Shown piece after piece: positions 48,427 to 57,153 of a DNA stretch of 64,000 nucleotides (position 1 is the first letter of the stretch; the number at the start of each line of letters is the position of its first letter). The position numbers and the translations under genes are program-made. The DNA is from Candidatus Bathyarchaeia archaeon (GTDB lineage: Archaea; Thermoproteota; CALKCG01; B24; JAGTQN01): NCBI GenBank assembly GCA_038850515.1, contig JAWCLV010000001.1:7155-71154 (forward strand). Reading direction: 5' to 3'. The notes under the pieces were generated by a model that was not told where the DNA came from, searched no databases, and saw only the letters and a list, made by a program, of their open reading frames with translations.

Positions 48427-48639
48427 ATGGAAAAGAACCAAATCCTTGGACTAGCCGTCTTCTTCGAAGGCATCCTTGCCATTCTTTTTTATACAAGGCT
48501 TTTCCCAATAGGGCTCTGGTGGTGGCTTCCCCTCATGTCGATGTTTGTAGCCATCGTGGAATTCTTTGATATTTTAGCCTTGATAGGTTGGACTAGGGTT
48601 AGAATATTTCGCGGTATGGAGCGTGAACATCTTGAATAA
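48427..48639 (+). CDS. Possible small two-TM membrane protein
   Basis: 70 aa with two hydrophobic helices (LGLAVFFEGILAILFYT, WWWLPLMSMFVAIVEFF). It overlaps the start of the next gene. Weak call. Confidence 0.3.
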   Translation: MEKNQILGLAVFFEGILAILFYTRLFPIGLWWWLPLMSMFVAIVEFFDILALIGWTRVRIFRGMEREHLE

Positions 48640-49402
48640 GGCAGTGATCCTATGCGGAGGAAGGGGTACGAGGCTCGCCCCCCTAACTGACGATAGGCAA
48701 AAATGCATGATTCCCCTAGCAGGAAAACCCGTCCTTCTGCATGTGATAGAGCACTTCAAGAAGTACGGAGTAAGGGAATTCATTCTCATAACGGGCTATC
48801 GTAAGGAGGATGTTATGGAATTCTTCAAGGACGGATCCCAGTTCGGAATTCAAGTAGCCTATACGATCTGTGAAGGCGGAACAGCCCTTTCTCTCATGGC
48901 AGCTAAGCCTTGGATAAAGGAACCCTTCTTCTTCGCCTATGGTGACCTCATCTCAGACTTCGATTTGAAGACCCTCTTTGAAGCCCATACGAAGAAGGCG
49001 GAGAAACAAGGAGCCATAGTTACCTTGGCTTTGCTGGAATTTCCTGGGGATGTGAGTAGATTTGGAGTTGCCGAGATAGAGGGAAATGCCAAGGAGGGAA
49101 GGATAGAGAAGTTCATAGAGAAGCCAACCCCCTCAGAAACATCTAGCAGGCTCATCAATGCGGGACTTATGGTTTGTAGCCCCGAGGTCTTTGACCATTT
49201 AGGGAATCCCGATGACTTCAGCTTTGAAAAGCAGGTCCTTCCGATACTGGCGAAGGATGGGAAGGTTTATGGTGTGACCATGGATGCCAAGAGCCTATGG
49301 ATCGATATCGGCAAGTACGAGGACTATCAAAAAGCGAGGCGCATCCTAGAGAAAGCCATGGGTCAAGGACAAGGGCAAGGGCAAGGGCGAGGAAAGCCTT
49401 AG
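48623..49402 (+). CDS. Sugar-1-phosphate nucleotidyltransferase (NTP_transferase family) with Gly-Gln repeat C-terminal tail
   Basis: KAVILCGGRGTRLAPLT signature. The start is more likely the TTG giving MNKAVIL (~48632). The C-terminus reads MGQGQGQGQGRGKP. Confidence 0.8.
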   Translation: MNILNKAVILCGGRGTRLAPLTDDRQKCMIPLAGKPVLLHVIEHFKKYGVREFILITGYRKEDVMEFFKDGSQFGIQVAYTICEGGTALSLMAAKPWIKEPFFFAYGDLISDFDLKTLFEAHTKKAEKQGAIVTLALLEFPGDVSRFGVAEIEGNAKEGRIEKFIEKPTPSETSSRLINAGLMVCSPEVFDHLGNPDDFSFEKQVLPILAKDGKVYGVTMDAKSLWIDIGKYEDYQKARRILEKAMGQGQGQGQGRGKP

Positions 49403-49494
49403 CTTGCCTTCTCCTTCTAATGGCAAGTTTTTATTAGCTATTAATTAATAACTATAGACCTCTTAGTAGGATTTCCGAAGGGTAGGCGCAGTCT

Positions 49495-50241
49495 ATGTTC
49501 AGGTTCAGGCTTTCGAGTGCCAGAGCTTGGAGGAATGTAATAACAGCCATCTCAGCCCTCGTGGACGAGGCCGTTTTCAACGTCGATCCTGAGGTTTTAA
49601 GGGTCAGAGCCATGGATCCAAGTCATGTGGCCATGGTAGATTTGGAATGGCGAAAGGAAGCCTTCGACGAGTATGCCTGCGATAAGCCCCTAAGCCTAGG
49701 TATAAACATAAACGACATGCTTAAGCTCCTCCGCCGGGTTGGAGAGGATGAAGTTTTGGATCTTTATCTTGACGAGGCGGCCGCGAAGCTCTTTCTCAAG
49801 TTTTCAGGTAAGTATATCCGAACCTTCAGCATGGCTACGCTGGATATAGCTGGCGAGGAGATCCCGGCCCTCAAAGTAACCTTCAACACAAAGGCCAGGC
49901 TTACGACAAAATGCCTATTGCAGACCGTAGAAGATGCAGCTACGATTAGCGATAACATCAGATTCGAAGCCACTCAAGAGAAGCTTACCATGGGAGCCCA
50001 AGGAGACATGGGGACCTTTTCTGTGGACTTGGATAGGAGTTCGGAAGCCCTCCTCGACCTTCAGGTAAAGGAGCCATCCAAGGCAACCTTCAGCCTCAAC
50101 TTCCTTTCCCAGATTGTGAAGGCTGCAGCCCCAAGCTCCGACATAGTCACCATTGAGTTCTCAACGAACATTCCCATCAAGCTGAGCTTTGAGATACCCC
50201 AGGGAAGGCTAGAATACGTAGTCGCGCCTTATATAGAGTAA
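49495..50241 (+). CDS. pcn: PCNA sliding clamp
   Basis: 248 aa with two-domain PCNA topology; N-terminal MFRFRLSSARAWRNVITAISALVDEAVFNV is typical of archaeal PCNA. Confidence 0.85.
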   Translation: MFRFRLSSARAWRNVITAISALVDEAVFNVDPEVLRVRAMDPSHVAMVDLEWRKEAFDEYACDKPLSLGININDMLKLLRRVGEDEVLDLYLDEAAAKLFLKFSGKYIRTFSMATLDIAGEEIPALKVTFNTKARLTTKCLLQTVEDAATISDNIRFEATQEKLTMGAQGDMGTFSVDLDRSSEALLDLQVKEPSKATFSLNFLSQIVKAAAPSSDIVTIEFSTNIPIKLSFEIPQGRLEYVVAPYIE

Positions 50242-50389
50242 AATCAATCGATGGCCTTCAGACCCCGATTAGAAGAGATTTCTTTTTGTAACAACTTATC
50301 GATATCAGCAAAGTCAAAGGCACTAAGTTTCTTGCATAAAAACGGTTGATATTTTAATCTCTTTACCTCAGCAAATATGCCAACTTACA

Positions 50390-51286
50390 TCATCTTTGTG
50401 CCACTGACCTTTGGCCTCTTACCTTCTCTTGTAACCATGTTCTAAGATGTCTCGCATCATCTCTAATGATAATTTCTAAAGGTGTGTCTAGCCCTAACAA
50501 TTTTCTCTTATCAATACCCAGCTTCTTCTTCACGGCATCCAAAAGCTCTATGTCGATTTCATACCCAACAGCTCTTCTCCCTAATTCCAGAGCTACTTTT
50601 AAAGTAGTTCCAGAACCCATAAATGGGTCTAAAACGGTTTCGCCAACATAGGAAAATAATTTTATCAGCCTATAAGGAATTTCCTCGGGAAATGCTGCAA
50701 TTCCTCCTTCAATTCTTCCCTTTAAAGGCAGAACGTTTGTGATATCCCAAACAGATAGATACCATTTTTCTCGATTAAACTCTTGCATGTTAATTTGAGA
50801 TTTTTCTAATTCTGGGTTTTTCTCGGGATATTCATATTTACCCTTCTGCAGAATTAAAATCTCTTCATAGATATTGTCAGGATAGAAATACATAGGGTAT
50901 GGACGTTGAATTTGCACCCCACTTCTTCGACTTATTCTAATATAGCCTTCTGGTTTTCTCCAAATTATTCTATCACGGTAATTGAAGCCTTCCTCCATCA
51001 TTATCCTAACGATGTCCGCAGGCACAGGATACAATTTCCCTTTAACTCTAACATCTTGAGTAACAAAACAGGCTATCCTACCTTGAGCTAAAACTCTATA
51101 AAGCTCCCTAGCCACATCCCTCATTAATCCAAGGAATTCGCTATAATCCTTGAATAAATCAGGATAATCGAAAGGCGCATTAAAATAAGGGGGCGAAGTC
51201 ACCATTAAGTGAACTGAACCATCTGGAAGCTCTTTCATACTTCTACAATCGCCAAAAACTATTTTATTTCCCAACTCTTGAGGCAT
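50390..51286 (-). CDS. DNA N6-adenine/N4-cytosine methyltransferase (beta-class, N-4/N-6 methylase domain), orphan
   Basis: HLMVTSPPYFN (SPPY catalytic motif IV) precedes DPFMGSGTT (motif I), the beta-class order. The gene body is visibly AT-rich compared with its neighbours. Confidence 0.85.
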   Translation of the reverse strand: MPQELGNKIVFGDCRSMKELPDGSVHLMVTSPPYFNAPFDYPDLFKDYSEFLGLMRDVARELYRVLAQGRIACFVTQDVRVKGKLYPVPADIVRIMMEEGFNYRDRIIWRKPEGYIRISRRSGVQIQRPYPMYFYPDNIYEEILILQKGKYEYPEKNPELEKSQINMQEFNREKWYLSVWDITNVLPLKGRIEGGIAAFPEEIPYRLIKLFSYVGETVLDPFMGSGTTLKVALELGRRAVGYEIDIELLDAVKKKLGIDKRKLLGLDTPLEIIIRDDARHLRTWLQEKVRGQRSVAQR

Positions 51287-51362
51287 TTTTATCGTATAAA
51301 CTACTCATCCTACTCTTTTTTATATCACTTTCCGCTCTTAAATAGGAAGGAAATGGGCGCCC

Positions 51363-52277
51363 TCATTCGCTAGCCAATCCAAGCCTTCGAAGTTCATCCA
51401 TGAAATCCTTTAGGCTCGATCCCTCATACCAGCGATTCGTCCAATCGGTTTCATTTGCCCTGGCCATGGCAGCCTTATCCTTTTCGTTTCTTATCCTGAA
51501 TAGGGGCGGTCTCTCGCTTCTCTGCCTCCTCAGCCATTCTAAATCGATTGTCTTCATCACGAAGCCCTCATCGCAGCCTATGGTAGCTATATCCATCTCC
51601 ATACCACCGAGCCTTGGACCAGCTATGAAGGTTCCAGGCATCGTTCTACCAGCCTCGCCAACAACGGCCACATAGAAGCAGTTCTCCATGGCTCTGACCC
51701 TGGCGAAGATCTGGGTCGAGAGGAAATGGGGAAGGGGCATCCTCGAGGGTACGTAGACAAGCTCAGCCCCTCTGAGGCTCAATTCCTTCATGAAGTCCGA
51801 TACCCAGAGATCTATGCATTGGGCGAGGCCCACTTTTAATCCTCCGGTATCATGAACCTTCATTCCCTCGCCCATCTTGAACTTAAAGCCCAAACTGGCT
51901 ATGGAGACAGGCTCCCAGGCAGCGTAAGGACGTACCTTTCGATACTCGGCTGCTATTTCGCCCTTTGGATTTATGAGGATCACAGAATTGTAAACTGCAT
52001 TAGTCCCCTCCTCGGCCAGCGTAAGGGTATTTATCCCGAGCCATACTCTCCCATCTTCAGCAAAGGATTGGAGAACCCTCATCTCCTCCGAGCCCTTCCT
52101 AAGGTCAAGAACATAACTCATTCCTAGGAAGAACTCCGGAAACAAAATATAATCAGCTCCAGCCTTAAGGGCTTGTTGAGAAAGCCCCAGCTGTTTCTTA
52201 AGCCTATCGGAGGCACCCATCTCATGGGGCAAGAGGGGTTGAAGGGCTGCCACCTTCACTATAGCCATCGGAATCAC
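51363..52277 (-). CDS. Carbon-nitrogen hydrolase (nitrilase/amidase superfamily)
   Basis: The E-K-C triad context is LFPEFF (Glu), K in RKVRPYA, and C in AQCIDLW; VAALQ N-terminal motif. Confidence 0.8.
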   Translation of the reverse strand: MIPMAIVKVAALQPLLPHEMGASDRLKKQLGLSQQALKAGADYILFPEFFLGMSYVLDLRKGSEEMRVLQSFAEDGRVWLGINTLTLAEEGTNAVYNSVILINPKGEIAAEYRKVRPYAAWEPVSIASLGFKFKMGEGMKVHDTGGLKVGLAQCIDLWVSDFMKELSLRGAELVYVPSRMPLPHFLSTQIFARVRAMENCFYVAVVGEAGRTMPGTFIAGPRLGGMEMDIATIGCDEGFVMKTIDLEWLRRQRSERPPLFRIRNEKDKAAMARANETDWTNRWYEGSSLKDFMDELRRLGLASE

Positions 52278-52397
52278 CCATCTATCTTACTCTATTTCTA
52301 ACAATCCAATATATGTCATCATATGGAACGGAAAGGGAATAGGCATGTCTCTTTTATAAGGAATGCCGTTTAAAAAAGAAAATTTGCTAATGGTGGT

Positions 52398-54041
52398 TTG
52401 GTGATGGGGTTGCCCCATTGGAGACGAGGAGGCCCTCTCATGAGCCTTAAGGGAATGATCGCAACGGCTAACCCTCTGGCTTCAGCCACGGGACTTCGTA
52501 TCCTTATGCAGGGAGGCAATGCCGTCGATGCAGCCATAGCTACGGCTGCGGTTCTTGGGGTCGTCATGCCCGAGGCCTGCGGCCTTGGAGGGGATGCCTT
52601 CATGATAATCTTCGATTCCCGTAGTGGAAGACTTAAAGCGATTAATGGAAGTGGCGCTGCACCTAGGGCTGCCACCAGAGAATACTTCCTTAACCTCGGG
52701 CTGAGCTTTATGCCCCCAGAGGGGCTCCTCTCCGCAACGGTTCCTGGTGCTGTGGATGCCTACACGACAGCCCTAGATAAGTTCGGTACTATGGAACTTC
52801 AAGAACTCCTAGAACCTGCCATCCGCTATGCGGAAGAGGGCTTTCCGGTTTCAAGAAGGCTGAGCAGAGCCCTAGAGACATCCCTCGAAAAGCTCGCCCG
52901 CTATCCGTCCTCGGCATCCATATTCCTCCCTGGAGGAAGGGCCTTGGAGCCTGGAGAAAGGCTTGTCCAAAAAGCCCTGGGAAAGTCCCTTCGCCTTATT
53001 GCCGAGGAAGGAAGGGATGCCTTCTATCGAGGCGAGATAGCCGAAGCCATGGTAGCCTTCTCCGAAGCCAATGGAGGGTTATTCTCCAAGGAAGACTTCG
53101 CAAGGCATAGCTCCATGGTTTATGAACCCCTAAGAACCACTTATCGAGACTATGAAATCTTCGAAACAGCTCCTCCTTCCCAAGGAGTCATCCTCCTAGA
53201 GGAACTCAATATCATTGAAGGATTCGAGCTTTCTAAGATGGGCTTCTACACCGCCCAAGCGATCCATCTGATGGTCGAGGCTAAGAAGATCGCCTTTGCG
53301 GATCGTCTAGGATATTTGGGCGATCCTGCCTTTGTCGAAGTTCCGATCAACCAGATCCTGTCGAAGGAAAGGGCTATGGATCTTAGAAGGAAGATAGATC
53401 CCAATAAAGCGGCTTTGAAGCCTATCGAAGCCCCTCCTTTGACCTCCCAAGCCTCGGCAGAGGATACGACTTCCTTTGTCGTGGTCGATAGGGAGGGAAA
53501 CGCCGTTTCCTTCATCCAGAGCATCTTCGCCGCCTGGGGCTCTGGAGTCGTTGCGGGAGAAACGGGCATTCTCTTGAATAACCGGGGAAGCGCTTTTAGC
53601 CTCGAAGCCTATTCGCCCAACCGCCTTGAGCCTTCTAAGCGTCCCATGCACACCCTTAACGCCTACGCGATTCTTAAGGATGGGGAACTCTACGCCGTAG
53701 GAGGAACGCCTGGAGGGGATAACCAAGTTCAGTGGAACCTTCAGGTCATAACGGATCTCATAGACTTCGGTATGAATCCTCAGGAAGCAGTCTCGGCGCC
53801 TAGATGGTCAAGCTTCCCTGGAACCCAGCCCTCCGATGCCAAAATGCCTTATAGGCTTACAATCGAGCGCCCGATCCGAGATGAAGTTATCGAGGAACTC
53901 AGGCGAAAGGGGCATAGGATCAGGATCGTGGGTGAGTGGGCGGGAGGAGGTGCTGCTCAGCTGATCCTTGTGGACGCAAAGACAGGCCTTCGCCTCGCGG
54001 GAACGGATCCTAGGGCCCAAGGTCTTGCCGTAGGTTATTAG
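52398..54041 (+). CDS. ggt: Gamma-glutamyltransferase
   Basis: The Thr nucleophile sits in DTTSFVVVD; GGxxG oxyanion TPGGD; 547 aa. The true start may be the downstream Met at MSLKGMIATANP (~52440). Confidence 0.85.
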   Translation: MVMGLPHWRRGGPLMSLKGMIATANPLASATGLRILMQGGNAVDAAIATAAVLGVVMPEACGLGGDAFMIIFDSRSGRLKAINGSGAAPRAATREYFLNLGLSFMPPEGLLSATVPGAVDAYTTALDKFGTMELQELLEPAIRYAEEGFPVSRRLSRALETSLEKLARYPSSASIFLPGGRALEPGERLVQKALGKSLRLIAEEGRDAFYRGEIAEAMVAFSEANGGLFSKEDFARHSSMVYEPLRTTYRDYEIFETAPPSQGVILLEELNIIEGFELSKMGFYTAQAIHLMVEAKKIAFADRLGYLGDPAFVEVPINQILSKERAMDLRRKIDPNKAALKPIEAPPLTSQASAEDTTSFVVVDREGNAVSFIQSIFAAWGSGVVAGETGILLNNRGSAFSLEAYSPNRLEPSKRPMHTLNAYAILKDGELYAVGGTPGGDNQVQWNLQVITDLIDFGMNPQEAVSAPRWSSFPGTQPSDAKMPYRLTIERPIRDEVIEELRRKGHRIRIVGEWAGGGAAQLILVDAKTGLRLAGTDPRAQGLAVGY

Positions 54042-54111
54042 GTGGCTACTAAGATTTCCAGACTTAATTTCTAATAGAAGATGGAAAGTAAAACATCTTC
54101 TTTTTATTTCT

Positions 54112-54411
54112 CTACTTTTCCGCTCCGGACCTTAGCTTTAAACCACCATCAACATCTATGATCAAATCAGAAGATCCAAAATAATCCTTCAACCTCTTAT
54201 CCAAGTAAATCGATATACCTTCAAATTTTCCGACTTCTTCGAAATAAGCCTTTAAAAAGGCTGGATTTACATCGGCCTTAGGGCGATGGATTACCTCTGG
54301 ATGTATTCCTGTACAAAAGCACTCTGACTGGAATATGAATATAGCTACGTCTCTACCGGCTCTTTCCTGCATCACATAGTTCTTCGCCCATTCGGTCAAT
54401 GTTACTTTCAC
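54112..54411 (-). CDS. Small CxCTG-motif protein (paralog 1; ArsD-like/thioredoxin-fold guess)
   Basis: 99 aa. IFIFQSECFCTGIHPEV...FEEVGKFEGISIYLDKRLKDYFGSSDLIIDVDGG is paralogous to the 54487 and 56678 proteins. Confidence 0.5.
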   Translation of the reverse strand: MKVTLTEWAKNYVMQERAGRDVAIFIFQSECFCTGIHPEVIHRPKADVNPAFLKAYFEEVGKFEGISIYLDKRLKDYFGSSDLIIDVDGGLKLRSGAEK

Positions 54412-54486
54412 GATGAGTTACCTCCACGATTTTGCTTTAACATCTATTAATAAAACGATTCTTTCTCGCCAATGGGGCTTCTGTCT

Positions 54487-54798
54487 CTATCTGAAGGTTA
54501 AAGATAATCTAGAGCCTTTCGTGAAATCGCTTCGATCAACATCTATGATGAAGACCTGGGCATGGATGTGCTCTAGATAACCCCTCAGTCGGGCGCTCAT
54601 GAAAATCGGTATGCCCTCTACCTCCCCTATCCTCTCGAAGCCCCACCCTTCCAGAAACCGTTCCACCGAGGACTTGGAAGCATACTCCACAACGAAATCC
54701 CTTCCTGTGCAGGTACAGCCACCCCTATGTATCAATAGGACCGGATCGGGTATCATCGTCTTAACGGAGCTTGCCATAAGCTCCCTAGCCCCATCCAT
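54487..54798 (-). CDS. Small CxCTG-motif protein (paralog 2)
   Basis: LLIHRGGCTCTGRDFVV...FLEGWGFERIGEVEGIPIFMSARLRGYLEH...IIDVD. I trimmed the start to the internal Met (MDGAREL) to avoid a 150 nt overlap with the permease gene. The track ORF extends to 55011. Confidence 0.45.
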   Translation of the reverse strand: MDGARELMASSVKTMIPDPVLLIHRGGCTCTGRDFVVEYASKSSVERFLEGWGFERIGEVEGIPIFMSARLRGYLEHIHAQVFIIDVDRSDFTKGSRLSLTFR

Positions 54799-54860
54799 CA
54801 GGACGAACTTCAATTCAACAATCCCTCCTTGGAATAACCCAGAATTCCTCGGAACCCATG

Positions 54861-55898
54861 CTAGAGTCCTCCGCCTATCAGCCCATAAGCTAGTCCGAAA
54901 AGAACGCTGAAGGTCCAGGCTACGAGGGCGTAGGTAATGACGGGCTTCCAACCAACGATCCTCGAGGTCGCTATCATGTTCGGGACATCGTAAGGCTGGC
55001 CCATAAGCCATGAGAGCATAACGGGCTTCGTCATGCCAAGGTCCATAAGCCCCCTTCCTAGGACGATCTCGACAAGGGTTGGCGTGTATAGGGGTCCGCC
55101 TATAACCGAAGCCAGGAGTACTCCTCCGACGCCCGTAAGGTGGGTAGCCACAAGCTCCTCGGGCAGGTAGGCCTCAAGGTAGCTGACGGCCACGAGCCCG
55201 AGGAAAAACCATGGTAGTATCTGCTTCCCTAGGTAGCCCCCGAAGCTGAGGGCTGTCCAAAGCCTCGTGTCCAAGGGAGGCTTGACGACTTCCACGGGGG
55301 AAACCTGGTCCTGGGCGCTAGTCGGGCTCTGTTTCGTCCTAAGCCTTTTCTCAACTTCCCTCCCCCAAGGGGTCTTCGACACGATGAAGCCGGCAGTGAT
55401 AGCCGTGGCGAGGGCTGCGACGATCCTAACACCCGCGAGTTCCCAAGAAAGCATCTCTCCCGTCATTACGATTGTAAGGATGTTCGCTGCTGGTGCCATA
55501 AGGAGAAATGCCAAAGCAGGTCCTATACCGCTTCCTGAGTAGAGGATGCCCGCAAATATCGGAACCATCGTACAGGAGCAGACAGTGAAGAAGGGCGCCA
55601 CGAGGACTCCAAGGACGTAACCAGCCTTTCCTCCTGCCATGCGTCTCGTCACGAAGTCCTTGGGCATGAACTCGTAGATCAAACCAGCGGCGACGAAGGC
55701 GAAGAGGAGGCATATGACGCCATGGCTCAGGTAGTCGATGATGTAAGCGACGGGTATCTCCCATGGAGCCAAGCCATGAAAGTCGGCGGGCTTCATAGTA
55801 GGCGCCAAGGAGTATGCGACAATCCTAGAATAGACTACGGCGCCTATAACTGCCGATATGAAGGCGATCATCAGGATCGTGCGTAGCGTTCGATGCAT
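54861..55898 (-). CDS. ArsP-like CSC-motif permease (COG0701/DUF318 family)
   Basis: FFTVCSCTMVP carries the CSC motif characteristic of ArsP-type organoarsenical/metalloid permeases, with ~8 TM helices. I trimmed the start to MHRTLRTIL. The track ORF continues to 56117 with a TTG start and overlaps the trx gene. Confidence 0.7.
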   Translation of the reverse strand: MHRTLRTILMIAFISAVIGAVVYSRIVAYSLAPTMKPADFHGLAPWEIPVAYIIDYLSHGVICLLFAFVAAGLIYEFMPKDFVTRRMAGGKAGYVLGVLVAPFFTVCSCTMVPIFAGILYSGSGIGPALAFLLMAPAANILTIVMTGEMLSWELAGVRIVAALATAITAGFIVSKTPWGREVEKRLRTKQSPTSAQDQVSPVEVVKPPLDTRLWTALSFGGYLGKQILPWFFLGLVAVSYLEAYLPEELVATHLTGVGGVLLASVIGGPLYTPTLVEIVLGRGLMDLGMTKPVMLSWLMGQPYDVPNMIATSRIVGWKPVITYALVAWTFSVLFGLAYGLIGGGL

Positions 55899-55906
55899 TC
55901 TGGGTT

Positions 55907-56143
55907 TCACTTCTTCTCGAACCAGGACCTTATTTCCTTGAAGTTTGGAACGCGGCCTTGGCAAACGACCCTTTCGTCTATGACTACGGCTGGGGTTGCC
56001 ATAACCCCATACTTCCATATCTCGACGAAGGAGGTTACATGCTCGACCTGGGCATCCAATTTTAGCTCCTCCAAGACCTGTCTCACCCTTTCCTCCGTGA
56101 TTATGCATCTGTAACAACCAGGACCAAGGATCTTTACCTTCAT
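55907..56143 (-). CDS. Small thioredoxin-fold redox-active disulfide protein (redox-active disulfide protein 2-like)
   Basis: 78 aa; MKVKILGPGCYRC carries a CxxC active site. These are frequently paired with COG0701 permeases. Confidence 0.75.
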   Translation of the reverse strand: MKVKILGPGCYRCIITEERVRQVLEELKLDAQVEHVTSFVEIWKYGVMATPAVVIDERVVCQGRVPNFKEIRSWFEKK

Positions 56144-56172
56144 AGATAATCCCCTTCCTCCAAACTTGAGAT

Positions 56173-56337
56173 TTACCTGCAGGAACAGCCTCCAGAGGCC
56201 CCGGAGCTAGAAAAGAGGCGATTCTCGGCGAAGGTCCTTCGCCAGCATTCCTGGCAGATTCCTACATAGCCAAGGTCCTTATGGACCGCGTATAGAAGGC
56301 TTACACCATCCTTGCCACAGATCGCGCACTTCCCCAT
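56173..56337 (-). CDS. Unannotated Cys-rich mini-ORF (~54 aa), zinc-ribbon-like plus C-terminal GGCSC
   Basis: My reverse translation gives MGKCAICGKDGVSLLYAVHKDLGYVGICQECWRRTFAENRLFSSSGASGGCSCR (CxxC...CxxC plus GGCxC). It lies between the trx and ferredoxin genes on the same strand. Coordinates are approximate (+-3) and it falls below the track's length cutoff. Confidence 0.3.
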   Translation of the reverse strand: MGKCAICGKDGVSLLYAVHKDLGYVGICQECWRRTFAENRLFSSSGASGGCSCR

Positions 56338-56400
56338 AAAAACTCACCAAATTTCCGATGACCCCATCTTTTCCTTATTATCTTCTTTTCTTTTTATTAC

Positions 56401-56694
56401 CTAACCATAGCCATATTTCGCTCTGAGGCTCCTAAGCATCTGCTTCAACTCAGCCCTCGATGGGAACTTTATAGCCCCCTTAGGACACTTGGGACCGCAG
56501 GATTGGCAACCGACCACACAGTTGTACGGCTGAGCGACGATGACTTTCTCCCCATCCTTCCCATAGACCTTATGTTCGCAGAACTTAAGGCATAGCCCAC
56601 AGTTTGCACAGAGCTCGTAGTCTATCCTTGGATACCAGGCTATCTCCCTTCGAGGGATTCCGAGATATTTTTCCTGCTCAGTCACTGGCACCAC
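56401..56694 (-). CDS. 2x[4Fe-4S] ferredoxin-domain protein
   Basis: CANCGLCLKFC and CVVGCQSCGPKCP, i.e. two CxxCxxCxxxC(P) motifs. Confidence 0.7.
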   Translation of the reverse strand: MVPVTEQEKYLGIPRREIAWYPRIDYELCANCGLCLKFCEHKVYGKDGEKVIVAQPYNCVVGCQSCGPKCPKGAIKFPSRAELKQMLRSLRAKYGYG

Positions 56695-57067
56695 TTCCCA
56701 GCTTCTCGACGACTTCCGACACTTTCTTCATCGCTTCGGATGTTTCCATATTCCTTAGATCCAAGGAGATCACCTGCTTGTCGAAGTCCAAGCCTTTGTC
56801 CGCGAAGGCATCTTTGAACATCTTCCTCTGCATCCTAGGATCGCATCCGCCTACGATGTAAACCGCATCCTTTTCTCCTTCCTTTAGTAAGTCCCTCCAG
56901 AAGCGGTCCCCATCGTCCACGCAGAGCTGGGGATGGACGATGGCGTACTCTACGTCAAGCTCGTTCCTGACGAAGTTTATCAGCTTCCAAAGGTCCAACT
57001 TAGCAAAGCCTGGGCATTCGCCTGTGCAAAAGCACATGATAAAACGAGGTAGCTTCTTTTCACCCAA
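56678..57067 (-). CDS. CxCTG-motif protein (paralog 3; ArsD/MvhD-like Cys pattern)
   Basis: RFIMCFCTGECPGF near the N-terminus (compare ArsD AMCCSTGVCG) and later VYIVGGCDPR; 129 aa. Overlaps the ferredoxin gene by 17 nt. Confidence 0.5.
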   Translation of the reverse strand: MGEKKLPRFIMCFCTGECPGFAKLDLWKLINFVRNELDVEYAIVHPQLCVDDGDRFWRDLLKEGEKDAVYIVGGCDPRMQRKMFKDAFADKGLDFDKQVISLDLRNMETSEAMKKVSEVVEKLGSGASD

Positions 57068-57153
57068 TACGGGACTCCTCCTTAATCATCCGGTAAGGAT
57101 ATCGAAATGCATAGCAATATTTAAATATTTCTATAAACCATTTTGATGTAGGA

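Noticed and set aside
54861-56117. Full-length 418 aa track ORF for the permease (TTG start) overlapping the thioredoxin gene
   Set aside because: The N-terminal 73 residues are Arg/Gly-rich, non-membrane, and overlap the same-strand trx gene. An internal Met (MHRTLRTIL...) gives a compact gene with an 8 nt spacer, so I trimmed the start.
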